64,000 nucleotides of DNA, taken from NCBI GenBank assembly GCA_963169855.1, contig CAUJCN010000002.1, forward strand, positions 581,608 through 645,607, written 5' to 3'. This stretch comes from Patescibacteria group bacterium (GTDB lineage Bacteria; Patescibacteriota; Dojkabacteria; J137). The position numbers were made by a program, and so were the translations under genes. Of the stretch, positions 28,317-38,335 are shown piece after piece (the stretch's first letter is position 1; the number at the start of each line of letters is the position of its first letter). The notes under the pieces were generated by a model that did no database searches, was not told the DNA's origin, and saw only the letters and a list, made by a program, of their open reading frames with translations.

Positions 28317-28951
28317 TGAACTTACTCTTTTTAGGTCCTTCGGGTAGTGGAAAAGATACCCAGGCTGAATTTCTTGTTGATGAATTTGGCTTTGCTCGCG
28401 TTTCTACAGGAGATTTAATGCGTGATATTTCCGATGGCGAAAAAGAAATGCAGGTAATAATTCGAGACGCAATGAACGAAGGTTTCTTAGCAGATAATTT
28501 TGTTTTTGGTTTGATGCAGATGTATTTATCCCATCTGAAAGCTGATAAAATTATCTTATCCGGCTGTGTAAGAAAAGCTTCTCAGATAGAACTTTTGGAC
28601 TTCACTTTGTTCAAAGTGGGAAAAAAATTAGATAAAGCTGTGTATTTTGAGCTAAGCGACGAGGAAGCTATTAAAAGAATGACGGGCAGATTGTATTGTC
28701 CTAACTGTCATTCAAATTATCATAAGATCTTTAATTCACCAAAGAGGGTGGATATCTGTGATAGCTGTGGAACTAGATTAGAGCAACGAGCGGATGATAA
28801 TACAGATGCAATTAAAAATCGTCTTGCAGATTTCCACAAAGATAACGACGAAATAGTTAGTGAATATGAAAAGCGAGGAATTTTAATTAGAATAGATGCA
28901 GCGGGATCTATAGAAAAAGTACATTCAGAATTACTAGAACAATTAAAATGA
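28316..28951 (+). CDS. adk: adenylate kinase with zinc lid
   Basis: GPSGSGKDTQ P-loop and CPNC...CDSC lid. Confidence 0.85.
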   Translation: MNLLFLGPSGSGKDTQAEFLVDEFGFARVSTGDLMRDISDGEKEMQVIIRDAMNEGFLADNFVFGLMQMYLSHLKADKIILSGCVRKASQIELLDFTLFKVGKKLDKAVYFELSDEEAIKRMTGRLYCPNCHSNYHKIFNSPKRVDICDSCGTRLEQRADDNTDAIKNRLADFHKDNDEIVSEYEKRGILIRIDAAGSIEKVHSELLEQLK

Positions 28952-30390
28952 TCACATACAAGTCTTTTATAAAAGCGAGATATTCATTTGGAGGAGCTAC
29001 CGAGTTTGTTCCAGGTTTTGTAATTACCGCAGAAGATATTGCAGATTTAGTTGAATCACATGGATTTATTGATCTTGTAGCAAGTGATGATCCTTTTTCT
29101 CAGACAGCTGTAAATTCCATTCTTGAGAATTCATTAGATGTTAAGTTCGATAATAAAGTTGAAAAAATTTTCAAAGAGTTAGGAAAGGGGGTTTTCATTT
29201 TTAACGGAAATGTAGTTGAAAACATTTTGTCTTACAGAGAATTCTATTCACAGGTAATTAAATTCATATCAGAAATTATTTCTTCAAATACAGAATACCT
29301 TCTAGAGATTAGAAAAGTTATTAATTATGAAGTGCACGGATTTTGCAGAAGAGATAGAACAAATAACCTTTTTGTAATTGAATCAGAATATGGAGCGATG
29401 GATTACAATACTCAATATACTGATACTTACTTCATAAGTCCAAATGGAGAACTGGTTGATTACTATACACAGAATCAACAGACAATCAAAGTTGTAGAAG
29501 GTGCTGCGTACAAATATTTAAAGTTACCAGAGACATTTTCAACTAGAAATAAATTAAATAAAACCAAAATTGAGGAACTAACTTCAATTTTCTCGAGGAA
29601 CAAAGGGTTAAACAATTTCAGTTACGGATACAAATCAGGAAAATTATACCTAGAAGAATTGAATCTAAAAGAAAAACTTCCAATTCCGCAAATTCTCGAA
29701 GACGAAGAAAGAACAGAAGAGCAGGCGGATAATATCCAATTAGCAGCAGAAGTGTATGCATTAATGGACATTTCTAAAACCGAAGAGAAGAAGGTACAGA
29801 AAAATCGATCATTCTATTTTGACATTTTAAAAACTTCAAACGTATTCTCAAATTTACCTTTAATTACCGGAGCAAAAAGATTCCTTCAAATTAAAGATTT
29901 CGATTTTGATGTGAATAATTTGTCGGTTGTAAACAGCAGATTTGGGTTGGAGTTAGAGAAATACTTGGATAATAAACAAATTGATCATTTGGTTTATTCA
30001 GATCTACAGTATAGTTCAGAAAAATTTGCAACGATTTTAGCTTTGGCACAGAGGCATGGATTAATCGGCGAATTCATTACACCTTCAATCTCTATCCCAG
30101 ATCAAAGTTTAGAGGTGAGAGAATTCTATGGAAATCTTGACCAAAAAACCCTCAAACTGAATCTCCAGATTACAGCACCCTCTGTTTTGGGATACGTTAA
30201 AAAATTTGGAATTCCGGTTACTTATAATATAGACAGGCTTATGTTCAACCTCTTCGAAGGTGAAAACAAAGAGGAAGTTAATGATTATTTAGATTTAGAT
30301 ACAGACTATTCACTAATCGTTTCGAGGAGCAATCTAAAACTTTTAGAAAAAAAGGTCGTTGATGGAGCTGGATTTGTAATAATTAAATAA
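28948..30390 (+). CDS. hypothetical protein (480 aa)
   Basis: ORF only; 4-nt overlap with adk. Confidence 0.3.
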   Translation: MITYKSFIKARYSFGGATEFVPGFVITAEDIADLVESHGFIDLVASDDPFSQTAVNSILENSLDVKFDNKVEKIFKELGKGVFIFNGNVVENILSYREFYSQVIKFISEIISSNTEYLLEIRKVINYEVHGFCRRDRTNNLFVIESEYGAMDYNTQYTDTYFISPNGELVDYYTQNQQTIKVVEGAAYKYLKLPETFSTRNKLNKTKIEELTSIFSRNKGLNNFSYGYKSGKLYLEELNLKEKLPIPQILEDEERTEEQADNIQLAAEVYALMDISKTEEKKVQKNRSFYFDILKTSNVFSNLPLITGAKRFLQIKDFDFDVNNLSVVNSRFGLELEKYLDNKQIDHLVYSDLQYSSEKFATILALAQRHGLIGEFITPSISIPDQSLEVREFYGNLDQKTLKLNLQITAPSVLGYVKKFGIPVTYNIDRLMFNLFEGENKEEVNDYLDLDTDYSLIVSRSNLKLLEKKVVDGAGFVIIK

Positions 30391-30458
30391 TTCCTTTCCT
30401 GCACTAGTTATAGTTGCTTTCTAAATGAGGTATAATTTCTCGAATAGAGCTTAACCAT

Positions 30459-32273
30459 ATGTTTGATATAAGAGATTCAATCTTAAAAAGTATAAAAAGT
30501 GCTGTAAAAGAAATCGGAGTAGAAGAGGACTTGGATTTTGTATTGGAAAGACCAAAGGAAGAAAGTCACGGAGACTTCGCTACAAATGTAGCCATGTTGT
30601 TAGCTAAGTCATTAAAAAAGAACCCGTTAAAGATCGCTGAGGACCTAAAAAAGGCTATTGTTCTACCCCCAGTTGTTAAATCTGTAGAAATTGCCGCGCC
30701 AGGTTTTTTAAATTTCGATATTGATGATAGCTATTATCTTCATTTTGTTGTCGAAGTTCTAGAAAAAGGAAATAATTATGGGAGATTAGAATGGGGAAAA
30801 GGGCAGCATTGGTTGATCGAACATACAAGTGCTAATCCTAATAAAGCTATGCACTTTGGACATCTCCGAAACACTGTTCTGGGAATGGCTATCTCAAATC
30901 TGTGGGAAACGGTGGGAGTGGAAGTTACACGAGATTACATCGATAATAATAGAGGGATTTCGATTGCTAAGTTGATGTGGGGATATCTAAAATTTGCTCG
31001 AAAAGATGAAAACGATCCTGTAGACTTACATTTTTGGTTTGAGAATCGAGAGAAATGGAGAACCCCAGAAGAAACTGGAGAAAAACCAGATCATTTTATC
31101 GACAAGCTTTACGCACAGGCTTCTCAAGAATTCGAAAAAGATAAGGATGTTGAACAATTTGTAAGGCAACTTGTAATTGATTGGGAAAATGAAGATCAGG
31201 AAAACTGGGAACTCTGGAGATTAGTAATGAATTATTCTCACGAAGGATTACGACAAACACTAGAACGTTTGGGCGGAGTAGTCGATCAATATTGGTATGA
31301 ACACGAGATTTATAAACAAGGTAAGGCAATTGTAGATGAAGGATTAGAAAAAGGAATTTTCAAAAAATTGAAAGATGGAGCAGTTCTGACTGACTTGAAG
31401 GATTATAAACTGCCAGACACGATAGTTCTCAAAAAAGATGGTACTTCTCTGTATATAACTCAGGACTTAGCGTTGACTAGATTAAAGAAGGAGACTTTCA
31501 AACCAGACAAAATGCACTGGGTTGTAGGTCCAGATCAGAACTTAGCTTTACGACAAGTTTTCGCTGTAAGTGAACAATTTGGAGTTGCACCGTTTGATAG
31601 TTTTGTTCATATATCATTCGGGTATGTAACAATTAAAGGCTCGGGAAAAATGAGTTCAAGAAAGGGAAATGTAGTTTACATAGACGATCTTCTTGATCAA
31701 GCTAAGGAAGAAGTAAAGTCTAGACTTAATGATAAAGAATTTACCGAAGAAGAAAAGGACTTAATTTCTGAAAATATTGGAACGGGATCCGTAAAATACA
31801 GCATTCTAAAGCTTGGACGAACTACTGATTTGGAATATGATTTCGAAACATCGCTTTCATTCGATGGGGATTCTGCACCGTATATTATGTATACAATTGT
31901 TAGGGGAACTAATATTGTTAAACAGTACGAATCTTTTGGGGAAGCTTTGTCAGTTCTTGCAGCAGATGAAGAAATTTCTGAAGAATTACTAAAAACTCAT
32001 CTAATTAAAGAAGAAGAAATAGACATCGCAAAGCATTTGTATAAATACGAAGATGTTCTTTTGGAAGCTGCTGAAGGGTACGCACCAAATTTACTTTGTT
32101 TGTATCTTTATGAGCTTGCTCAGAAATACAATAAATTCTATAACAACGTTGATATTCTTACTTCAGCAACAGAAGATCTAAAAAAGAGTAGAGTTGCATT
32201 AACTCATGCTGTAGTTACAGTTTTATCAAACGGATTAAAGATTCTTGGAATTACTCCTGTAGAGAAGATGTAA
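30459..32273 (+). CDS. argS: arginine--tRNA ligase
   Basis: HIGH-type motif PNKAMHFGHLRN, KMSSRKG and a C-terminal DALR anticodon-binding region. Confidence 0.85.
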   Translation: MFDIRDSILKSIKSAVKEIGVEEDLDFVLERPKEESHGDFATNVAMLLAKSLKKNPLKIAEDLKKAIVLPPVVKSVEIAAPGFLNFDIDDSYYLHFVVEVLEKGNNYGRLEWGKGQHWLIEHTSANPNKAMHFGHLRNTVLGMAISNLWETVGVEVTRDYIDNNRGISIAKLMWGYLKFARKDENDPVDLHFWFENREKWRTPEETGEKPDHFIDKLYAQASQEFEKDKDVEQFVRQLVIDWENEDQENWELWRLVMNYSHEGLRQTLERLGGVVDQYWYEHEIYKQGKAIVDEGLEKGIFKKLKDGAVLTDLKDYKLPDTIVLKKDGTSLYITQDLALTRLKKETFKPDKMHWVVGPDQNLALRQVFAVSEQFGVAPFDSFVHISFGYVTIKGSGKMSSRKGNVVYIDDLLDQAKEEVKSRLNDKEFTEEEKDLISENIGTGSVKYSILKLGRTTDLEYDFETSLSFDGDSAPYIMYTIVRGTNIVKQYESFGEALSVLAADEEISEELLKTHLIKEEEIDIAKHLYKYEDVLLEAAEGYAPNLLCLYLYELAQKYNKFYNNVDILTSATEDLKKSRVALTHAVVTVLSNGLKILGITPVEKM

Positions 32274-32317
32274 TTGTCACATTGAGCTGTGAGCAAAGCG
32301 AACTAGTCGAAATGTAT

Positions 32318-32352
32318 ACAATGTCTTTCTCGACAAGCTCGAAATGACATTT
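32318..32352 (-). repeat. solo copy of the roughly 30-bp GIY-YIG-associated repeat (25-bp core identical to 49864-49888, reverse orientation)
   Basis: tctttctcgacaagctcgaaatgac is the reverse complement of gtcatttcgagcttgtcgagaaaga. Confidence 0.55.
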
Positions 32353-32355
32353 CCC

Positions 32356-33588
32356 TTAAGCTTCAATTTTGTCTCCAATCACTGATTTTTCAGCAAACAG
32401 GTATTTCAGCAACAAAGTAGTAATTACGAAGAATAGATATAGATTTGCTACAGAATACTCGTTAACTACAGTTTTGAGAACGAATACTGTAAACATTAAG
32501 AACAAGAAGAATATTTTTCTATCTTCAAAAATCTTATTCCACATTTTTACAAAAATTCCCACAAGTGCAATTATTCCTGCCAAACCAAAAGCACCAAGTT
32601 GCAACAGAAAATCCAGAATAATGTTGTGAGCTCTATCCACATTCAATCCTGGGAATAATCCATAATGTTGGAAAACTGTATTTACATTATCGAATCCGAA
32701 ACCCAATGCTTTGTTCTGTAGGGGCGCTTCCCATAATGCAATTATAGATTTCTTCCAGATGTCGATATGCATTTCGTATTCAGGATAAATCAACGAACCT
32801 ACAAACATCAAAGGAATCAATAAAACATAAAAAAGGATAAGTGATAATTTCAACAATCTTTTAAAATGTAGTTCGAAGAGTAAAATCCAAATTACAGTAA
32901 CAAATAAGGTTAAAATTCCCCACCTAGAAAGTGATAAGAAAATTCCTAACGCCATCAAAACAACAATACTTGCGTGACTTAATTTAAATGCTAATTCAAT
33001 CTTTCTTCCCAAGAAATATGCGGAAGTTATTAGCCCAAAAAGTAACAGAGTAGAGAAAAAGTTTGTTTGGCCAAAAAAACCGTTAACATAAAGTCCTAAT
33101 GAAAATTTTTCTGGATCAGAAATTAATTCTCTGAATTGCAATAATCCACGGAAAGCGTTCATTACAGCGGCGAATAAAATTCCAAACAATAACCAGTTAA
33201 AGTATTTATTCTGAAAAGTTTTAAATACGAAAACTAAGGAAATTGCGATTGGAAGATAAAGTAGTAGACCTTGATGTCTAAAGAAATTTCCAAACAATGT
33301 AATCCGCGGATCGATCGAAACTAACAAACTTAAAATCATTCCAACTCCAAGAACAGAAGCAATTATTCTTCCCCACTTACCTAGTATCTGATTTCTGTAT
33401 TCAAGAATTAGTCCTAAGAAAATAATCCCAATAGACGCAAGTCTGATAACTTCTACTTTAGGAAATTCAAAACCAGTTCCATTGAACAAATTTGCAGGAT
33501 CGACAATTAAAGATGAAATTACAACAGCAAAAATTGTAGCTAACGAAATAAAATCTTCGAGAGTGTGTTTCTTTAAAAAGTTGACCAT
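32356..33588 (-). CDS. polytopic membrane protein, O-antigen ligase/polymerase-like
   Basis: About 10 TM helices; the assignment is by topology and size only. Confidence 0.35.
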   Translation of the reverse strand: MVNFLKKHTLEDFISLATIFAVVISSLIVDPANLFNGTGFEFPKVEVIRLASIGIIFLGLILEYRNQILGKWGRIIASVLGVGMILSLLVSIDPRITLFGNFFRHQGLLLYLPIAISLVFVFKTFQNKYFNWLLFGILFAAVMNAFRGLLQFRELISDPEKFSLGLYVNGFFGQTNFFSTLLLFGLITSAYFLGRKIELAFKLSHASIVVLMALGIFLSLSRWGILTLFVTVIWILLFELHFKRLLKLSLILFYVLLIPLMFVGSLIYPEYEMHIDIWKKSIIALWEAPLQNKALGFGFDNVNTVFQHYGLFPGLNVDRAHNIILDFLLQLGAFGLAGIIALVGIFVKMWNKIFEDRKIFFLFLMFTVFVLKTVVNEYSVANLYLFFVITTLLLKYLFAEKSVIGDKIEA

Positions 33589-33983
33589 TAATTTAATTTG
33601 AATTTATTTCTAATCTCATCGGCTTTATCGAAATCTAAACTTCCACTAATTGAGCCTAGCATTTTAGTATATTCCTCATTCTCTTTTGGAAAAATATGAA
33701 TGTGAGCATAAGGAACGCCTTCTCCATGAATGAAAGAATAAACGACATCTTGTCCTGTGACAGTCTTAAAATGATTGGCTATTTGTTTACATGCAGACAT
33801 CAACTCATCAATTTCTTCTACATCCCAAACCCAACGTGCGAACTTCTTAGGAATTACTAATGTGTGTCCTTCTGTGACTGGTTTAACATCAAGAAATGCA
33901 AGTACGTGTTCGTTTTCGAAAATCTTGAAACAGGGAATTTCACCTCTTAAAATTTTAGAAAATATATCATCTCTTTGATCCAT
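33588..33983 (-). CDS. HIT-family nucleotide hydrolase
   Basis: Histidine triad HIHIF and the GHTLVIP motif. Confidence 0.75.
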   Translation of the reverse strand: MDQRDDIFSKILRGEIPCFKIFENEHVLAFLDVKPVTEGHTLVIPKKFARWVWDVEEIDELMSACKQIANHFKTVTGQDVVYSFIHGEGVPYAHIHIFPKENEEYTKMLGSISGSLDFDKADEIRNKFKLN

Positions 33984-34021
33984 ACAGTAGTTTTAACTAT
34001 CTGATTTTACTATCTTAGAGA

Positions 34022-34756
34022 TTATCTATCCAGTCGTGGAGTGGTAGCGAGAATGAAGGAATAAGTTCTATGGAATTCGCTAATTAAGTGCTGTCGTTGT
34101 TCGTCTGAAATGTATTCTTTCGCATAAAAATCAAGAAGAATATTTGTTATAACATTCCTTGTCGTGCCAAATTCTCTTTTACTTTTTTCTATAAATTTGC
34201 TTTGAGTCAGGTGAAATTCAAAGCTATCTAAGTCTACAAGGTGACCTGTCATAGTAATATTGTGTGAACTTATGCAACCATGTATAGCTCCTTGTGCGTG
34301 AAGGATTCCTAATTGACTTGCAGTGTTGTAACAAAGAGCGGATAAATAACTGAATACGGGTTGAGCAGGATCAGTTTCTAAATTATGTTTTGCTGCGATT
34401 TGAGTGATATAGTTTGTTGGGTCTTGAGTTTCTGTAAGGTCTTCAAGATCTTCGATTCTGTGGGCACAAGGAAGTAGTCTAAGCACAATAACAAATTCTG
34501 CTGTACTTCTGTAATCTTCAACTCTATCCTCTTCGGCTTTGAGAGTTTCTCTGTCAGCTTTCATAAAACTACTTCGACTAAGTACGGGAACTCTGTAGGC
34601 AAATTCTGATTGTGGAATAGATTCAGAATTTAAAGGTATATTCTTTGGTTTTACAATCAGCAAGGGGATCTCGGTTACGAATCCAGGGATTCTTTTGCAC
34701 AGATCGTAGTTTGCAATCACGTACTCAACATCTTCAAGTGTTTCGAATCCCATCAT
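34022..34756 (-). CDS. protein-kinase-like/phosphotransferase-fold protein
   Basis: GAIHGCISSHNI...LVDLD resembles the catalytic loop and DFG-like segment. An open in-frame extension of 97 codons with no start codon lies upstream (34757-35047). Confidence 0.35.
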   Translation of the reverse strand: MMGFETLEDVEYVIANYDLCKRIPGFVTEIPLLIVKPKNIPLNSESIPQSEFAYRVPVLSRSSFMKADRETLKAEEDRVEDYRSTAEFVIVLRLLPCAHRIEDLEDLTETQDPTNYITQIAAKHNLETDPAQPVFSYLSALCYNTASQLGILHAQGAIHGCISSHNITMTGHLVDLDSFEFHLTQSKFIEKSKREFGTTRNVITNILLDFYAKEYISDEQRQHLISEFHRTYSFILATTPRLDR

Positions 34757-35085
34757 TTTAATTGATCCATCTTTTGGATCTACTCGTAATCTTGGTTCTG
34801 TAAGGTCGTTTCCTTTTATATTTAAATCATAGGTAATACCTGAAAGTGAAACTTGAACAGGGTAAGTGGAAGATCTTGTATGTCGACCAGAAAGTTTGAT
34901 GTAATTTGAAGTCTCTCCGGAATTCCAAGAAAGAAATCTGCTTAAGTCGTCGATTTTTATCCCAAGCTCCTCGTTGAAATAGATTCCAGTATAGTCGCTA
35001 GGTGAAAGAACATCTAAATTGTTAGTGTCTAGAGATAAGTCCAGAAATTATATATATAACAGATATGTTATTATACCATCACAAA

Positions 35086-35116
35086 CGATTAAATGAATAC
35101 CCTCCCGAAGGAGGGT
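35086..35116 (-). terminator. intrinsic terminator after the 35122-36129 gene
   Basis: CCCUCC-UUCG-GGAGGG hairpin followed by UAUUCAUUUAAU on the minus strand. Confidence 0.5.
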
Positions 35117-35121
35117 GTTAA

Positions 35122-36129
35122 TCACAGGTGTCTTATTGAAACATCGTAAAGATAAGAATTCTTGAGCTCTGTTTTTTCTCCAATCTTTGACTTTCCATCA
35201 CTCACGAATCTAGCTGAAAGGGGCTTTTTGTATTTATTCGACAATACTTGAATCAATTTCAGAATCTCAACAAGTCTTTTCGGATCCTCATCGATTCCAA
35301 TCGGATAGGTATCGATTCCTAAACCCGAATGCAAGGAAACATAGATATTACGTTCAATACTGAAATTCCCTTTTTCGTACTCTTCAGCAAGCTCAAAATC
35401 TTCTAAGCAAGGCATCATAATTCCGCATAAACCTATTGGTTTTGGATTTTGAGACTTTATAAATTTTGTAATTTGAGTATAAAAATCTGTTGTGAAAGAG
35501 TTGTCGTAACTGCTGCACATTCTTTTAACAATATTTACTAAACTTGAATCTCCTTGATAAAGTGGTGCAATAGAGGAATCAATTCCTAAGAAATCTGGCT
35601 CGTCTTTCAAAATTTCACAGATTTCTGTCCAAACATTCTTCATATTCTGAAACCATTGCTGCAAATTAGTGCAACCTTCTGCCAAATCTGTTGGTTGCAA
35701 TCCAATGGCGAAACCTTCTTTCTCATAGTTTGCTGAAGGAAAATAAGGACTCGAGTTTGCATTGTTGAAAACATAAGTGAATCCAAATGTTTTTGCAGGA
35801 TTCTTTTGAATAATGTCAAACAAAACTTTCACAGTAGCTAAAGTTATTTCTTCGTGACCAAGTTCAATGTTACAAGCTAAATTCTCTGAATTTACAAACT
35901 TTTCGAGATTCTGATTCATCCACTCTAAAGTTACTGTTCCAATTGAATGCATTGAGGAACTTTCGAGGGATTTCAATAAATCAAGCTGATCTGTCGTGGA
36001 GCAGATTCGTGTTGTCTGAATTTCGTAACCATTTCTCTTCAGTAAAGATGTAAGATCTGAGAGCTTGGAAAGAGTTAACTTATTAGGATTTTTTGTGAAG
36101 TAACAAATACTTCGAATGGTTTTTTTCAT
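35122..36129 (-). CDS. hypothetical protein, possibly UPF0210/DUF711-like
   Basis: The C-terminal SLHSGLGIDTYPIGIDED resembles the family GLD...IPxD motif; elevated GC. Confidence 0.3.
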   Translation of the reverse strand: MKKTIRSICYFTKNPNKLTLSKLSDLTSLLKRNGYEIQTTRICSTTDQLDLLKSLESSSMHSIGTVTLEWMNQNLEKFVNSENLACNIELGHEEITLATVKVLFDIIQKNPAKTFGFTYVFNNANSSPYFPSANYEKEGFAIGLQPTDLAEGCTNLQQWFQNMKNVWTEICEILKDEPDFLGIDSSIAPLYQGDSSLVNIVKRMCSSYDNSFTTDFYTQITKFIKSQNPKPIGLCGIMMPCLEDFELAEEYEKGNFSIERNIYVSLHSGLGIDTYPIGIDEDPKRLVEILKLIQVLSNKYKKPLSARFVSDGKSKIGEKTELKNSYLYDVSIRHL

Positions 36130-36290
36130 ATAAAATAAGGTCTAGAAAAATAAATTAATCTGAGAAACCTTTTTTAGTAGAAATATTTATATGAAACCAT
36201 ATCGGAATTGTAGTACGGTAAGGAGATTTTGTCAAAATATCGTTCACGGTCCGGTCTTTTGGTGGTAAAATCTGGCGATTAAATTTAGTC

Positions 36291-37088
36291 ATGGAAAATA
36301 AACCTGGAGAAGCAGTAAAGAGCGGCATGTCCCCTGCGTTCGGAGCATTATTAGTAATAGGAAGGTTCAAAATTAATACACCAACAAGCTGGCACTGGCA
36401 GGCATTGCTTCAAGCTGTCGTAAATTTTGGCGAAAGTTTTGGAAGCTTAGCTCCATGGCAAGAGAATCTGAAGGGACTCCTAGCAAATGTTTACCGCGAT
36501 CATGAATATCTGCTCTCAGATCATAAAAATCGGTTGAAAACTCAACTTTATGCAAAAGATAGTAAACTTAGCAAAAGACAGCGTTCTATACTTCTAGAAC
36601 TTTACGATACATATGTCTTGCTTATTAAGGCTAGAAGAGATTATTTACTACGAGAAGCGGAAGTTACTGATAAGGCATCAGTAGAGTATCTGGCAGGTAT
36701 TTTAATGGAGCTAACAGAATGTGCAATTACGCTCGAGACCCGAGATGGTTCGGAATTCGAAAGAATGTTCACTCTTCTCGTAAAGTACAAGCTGGCCGCA
36801 GATATTCTAAAGATTCCTGATAGAGAATCATTGCACATTCTTTCTACAGCAATAATAACCGCACATGAACAAGACTTGGGTGGCATTAAGTACCACAATA
36901 CGTATATAAGCAAGAGATTGAGGGAAAAAGAAATTGCATTCTATCAAGTACGAAAAACAGATCCAAAATTCCCCAAGTCAGCTTCGGAAAGAGAAATTTA
37001 CTTGTTGAAGTTTTTAGATAACGCATTTCAATATGCTGCGATTCAAGCAAAGCAGTTAAAGAGACAGTCAGAAGCATCGGAACTATAA
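36291..37088 (+). CDS. hypothetical protein
   Basis: ORF only; GC higher than flanking housekeeping genes. Confidence 0.3.
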   Translation: MENKPGEAVKSGMSPAFGALLVIGRFKINTPTSWHWQALLQAVVNFGESFGSLAPWQENLKGLLANVYRDHEYLLSDHKNRLKTQLYAKDSKLSKRQRSILLELYDTYVLLIKARRDYLLREAEVTDKASVEYLAGILMELTECAITLETRDGSEFERMFTLLVKYKLAADILKIPDRESLHILSTAIITAHEQDLGGIKYHNTYISKRLREKEIAFYQVRKTDPKFPKSASEREIYLLKFLDNAFQYAAIQAKQLKRQSEASEL

Positions 37089-37158
37089 GCAGAAGAGAGT
37101 GTGGAACATAACACGACATTGAATGTCTGTTGTATAATCCTGTACTTAAACAAAATTT

Positions 37159-37680
37159 ATGGAAGCACAAACAAAACAGATCCCTTGGGATGTAGCTACG
37201 GGTTTAGCTAATACACCAGAGCTTTTACCAGTAATGGATCAGTTCACGGAAGATATAAACGCCTTGTTCGATAGCTTCTTGTCTAGCGTCCTTTACGATG
37301 ACATGCTTGCATATGATGGGAGTTACAGATTTAACTGTGTAGTTGAAATGTGTAAATTCATGTATGAAGGTAAAGATCAGATGACTGCTGAAGAGTTAGC
37401 CACTTTGAATTTGTTTATTGATGCTATGGAAGTTGCTTTTTTCCTTTGGTTAACAAGGACTGACCCTACAAGACTAATTAGATACATGTATCATGCTAAC
37501 GAAGGTCGAAGAGAATCGTATATTGCTAATCATTTGGAACAGGTTGTTACAGGAAGTGCGAAAATTAATTTCGAAATAATAGGAGTTACCGAGAATGTTA
37601 GACTTTGCTTCTTCTACCTGGTGGATTATTTGTTCATAAAGTTTACTTCGATCCATCCAGAATTTCCGGACAAAGTTTAA
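37159..37680 (+). CDS. hypothetical protein
   Basis: ORF only. Confidence 0.3.
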   Translation: MEAQTKQIPWDVATGLANTPELLPVMDQFTEDINALFDSFLSSVLYDDMLAYDGSYRFNCVVEMCKFMYEGKDQMTAEELATLNLFIDAMEVAFFLWLTRTDPTRLIRYMYHANEGRRESYIANHLEQVVTGSAKINFEIIGVTENVRLCFFYLVDYLFIKFTSIHPEFPDKV

Positions 37681-37985
37681 GGCTTCTTAGGTGTTTCTTT
37701 TGAATCTCCCCATCTCCATTTTGCAGGTTCGCCTTTTAAATAAGCAACAAGCACCAATAAGCCAGAGACAACAATCACAACTGGAATATATACAAGAGTG
37801 AATTCTGCATCACTGTTGGTCAGACTTGCAATAATCGGAACCGGTATAAACATAAGCACGAAAAACACTGCAAGTATTAGCCATCCTTCCCAAGATGCTG
37901 GATACCAACCATAGCCGTATCTTTTAGCTTTAAACCAAATCTTATTCATACATATATTATAACCCTGTTGTTGTATAATTCCCAT
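37677..37985 (-). CDS. small two-TM membrane protein
   Basis: Hydrophobic core and basic C-terminal tail. Confidence 0.3.
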   Translation of the reverse strand: MGIIQQQGYNICMNKIWFKAKRYGYGWYPASWEGWLILAVFFVLMFIPVPIIASLTNSDAEFTLVYIPVVIVVSGLLVLVAYLKGEPAKWRWGDSKETPKKP

Positions 37986-37987
37986 AT

Positions 37988-38011
37988 GGAGGTTGGCTGC
38001 TCGATAAGGTC
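37988..38011 (+). repeat. degenerate copy of the tRNA-Ser 5' end
   Basis: GGAGGTTGGCTGCTCG vs the tRNA GGAGGGTTGGCTGAGCG: 16 of 17 match with one gap, about 110 bp upstream of the real tRNA. Confidence 0.3.
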
Positions 38012-38123
38012 AAGTTGAGACGAACGAAGTAAAGTCGATACTTATGACCACATTAGTCCTCTTGGAGGAAGCGGTCTACTGTCTATGGTACAAAAGTAAT
38101 TAGAATGCATTGATTATGTTAGT

Positions 38124-38210
38124 GGAGGGTTGGCTGAGCGGTCTAAAGCACTTGCCTCGAAAACAAGCGGGAGCAATCCCTCGCAGGTTCGAATCCTGTG
38201 CCCTCCGCCA
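38124..38210 (+). tRNA. tRNA-Ser (anticodon CGA), type II with long variable arm
   Basis: Manual cloverleaf: acceptor GGAGGGT/GCCCTCC, D-arm GCT...AGC, anticodon loop CU-CGA-AA, 15-nt variable arm, T-arm GCAGG-TTCGAAT-CCTGT, encoded CCA. Confidence 0.8.
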
Positions 38211-38271
38211 AACTACGCTAAAGCTTCGGTTGGCTTCGCATTTTACTTCACAAGATCTGCGAAAATGTTCT
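38185..38271. repeat. direct repeat copy 1 (attL-like): tRNA-Ser T-loop/3' end plus about 60 bp downstream
   Basis: About 85-90% identical to 43154-43245. Confidence 0.6.
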
Positions 38272-38335
38272 GCGATTTTTATATTCTCGCCAAAGCAGAA
38301 AGTAATGATAAGAAGTTACTAGCCCAAGAAGATAA

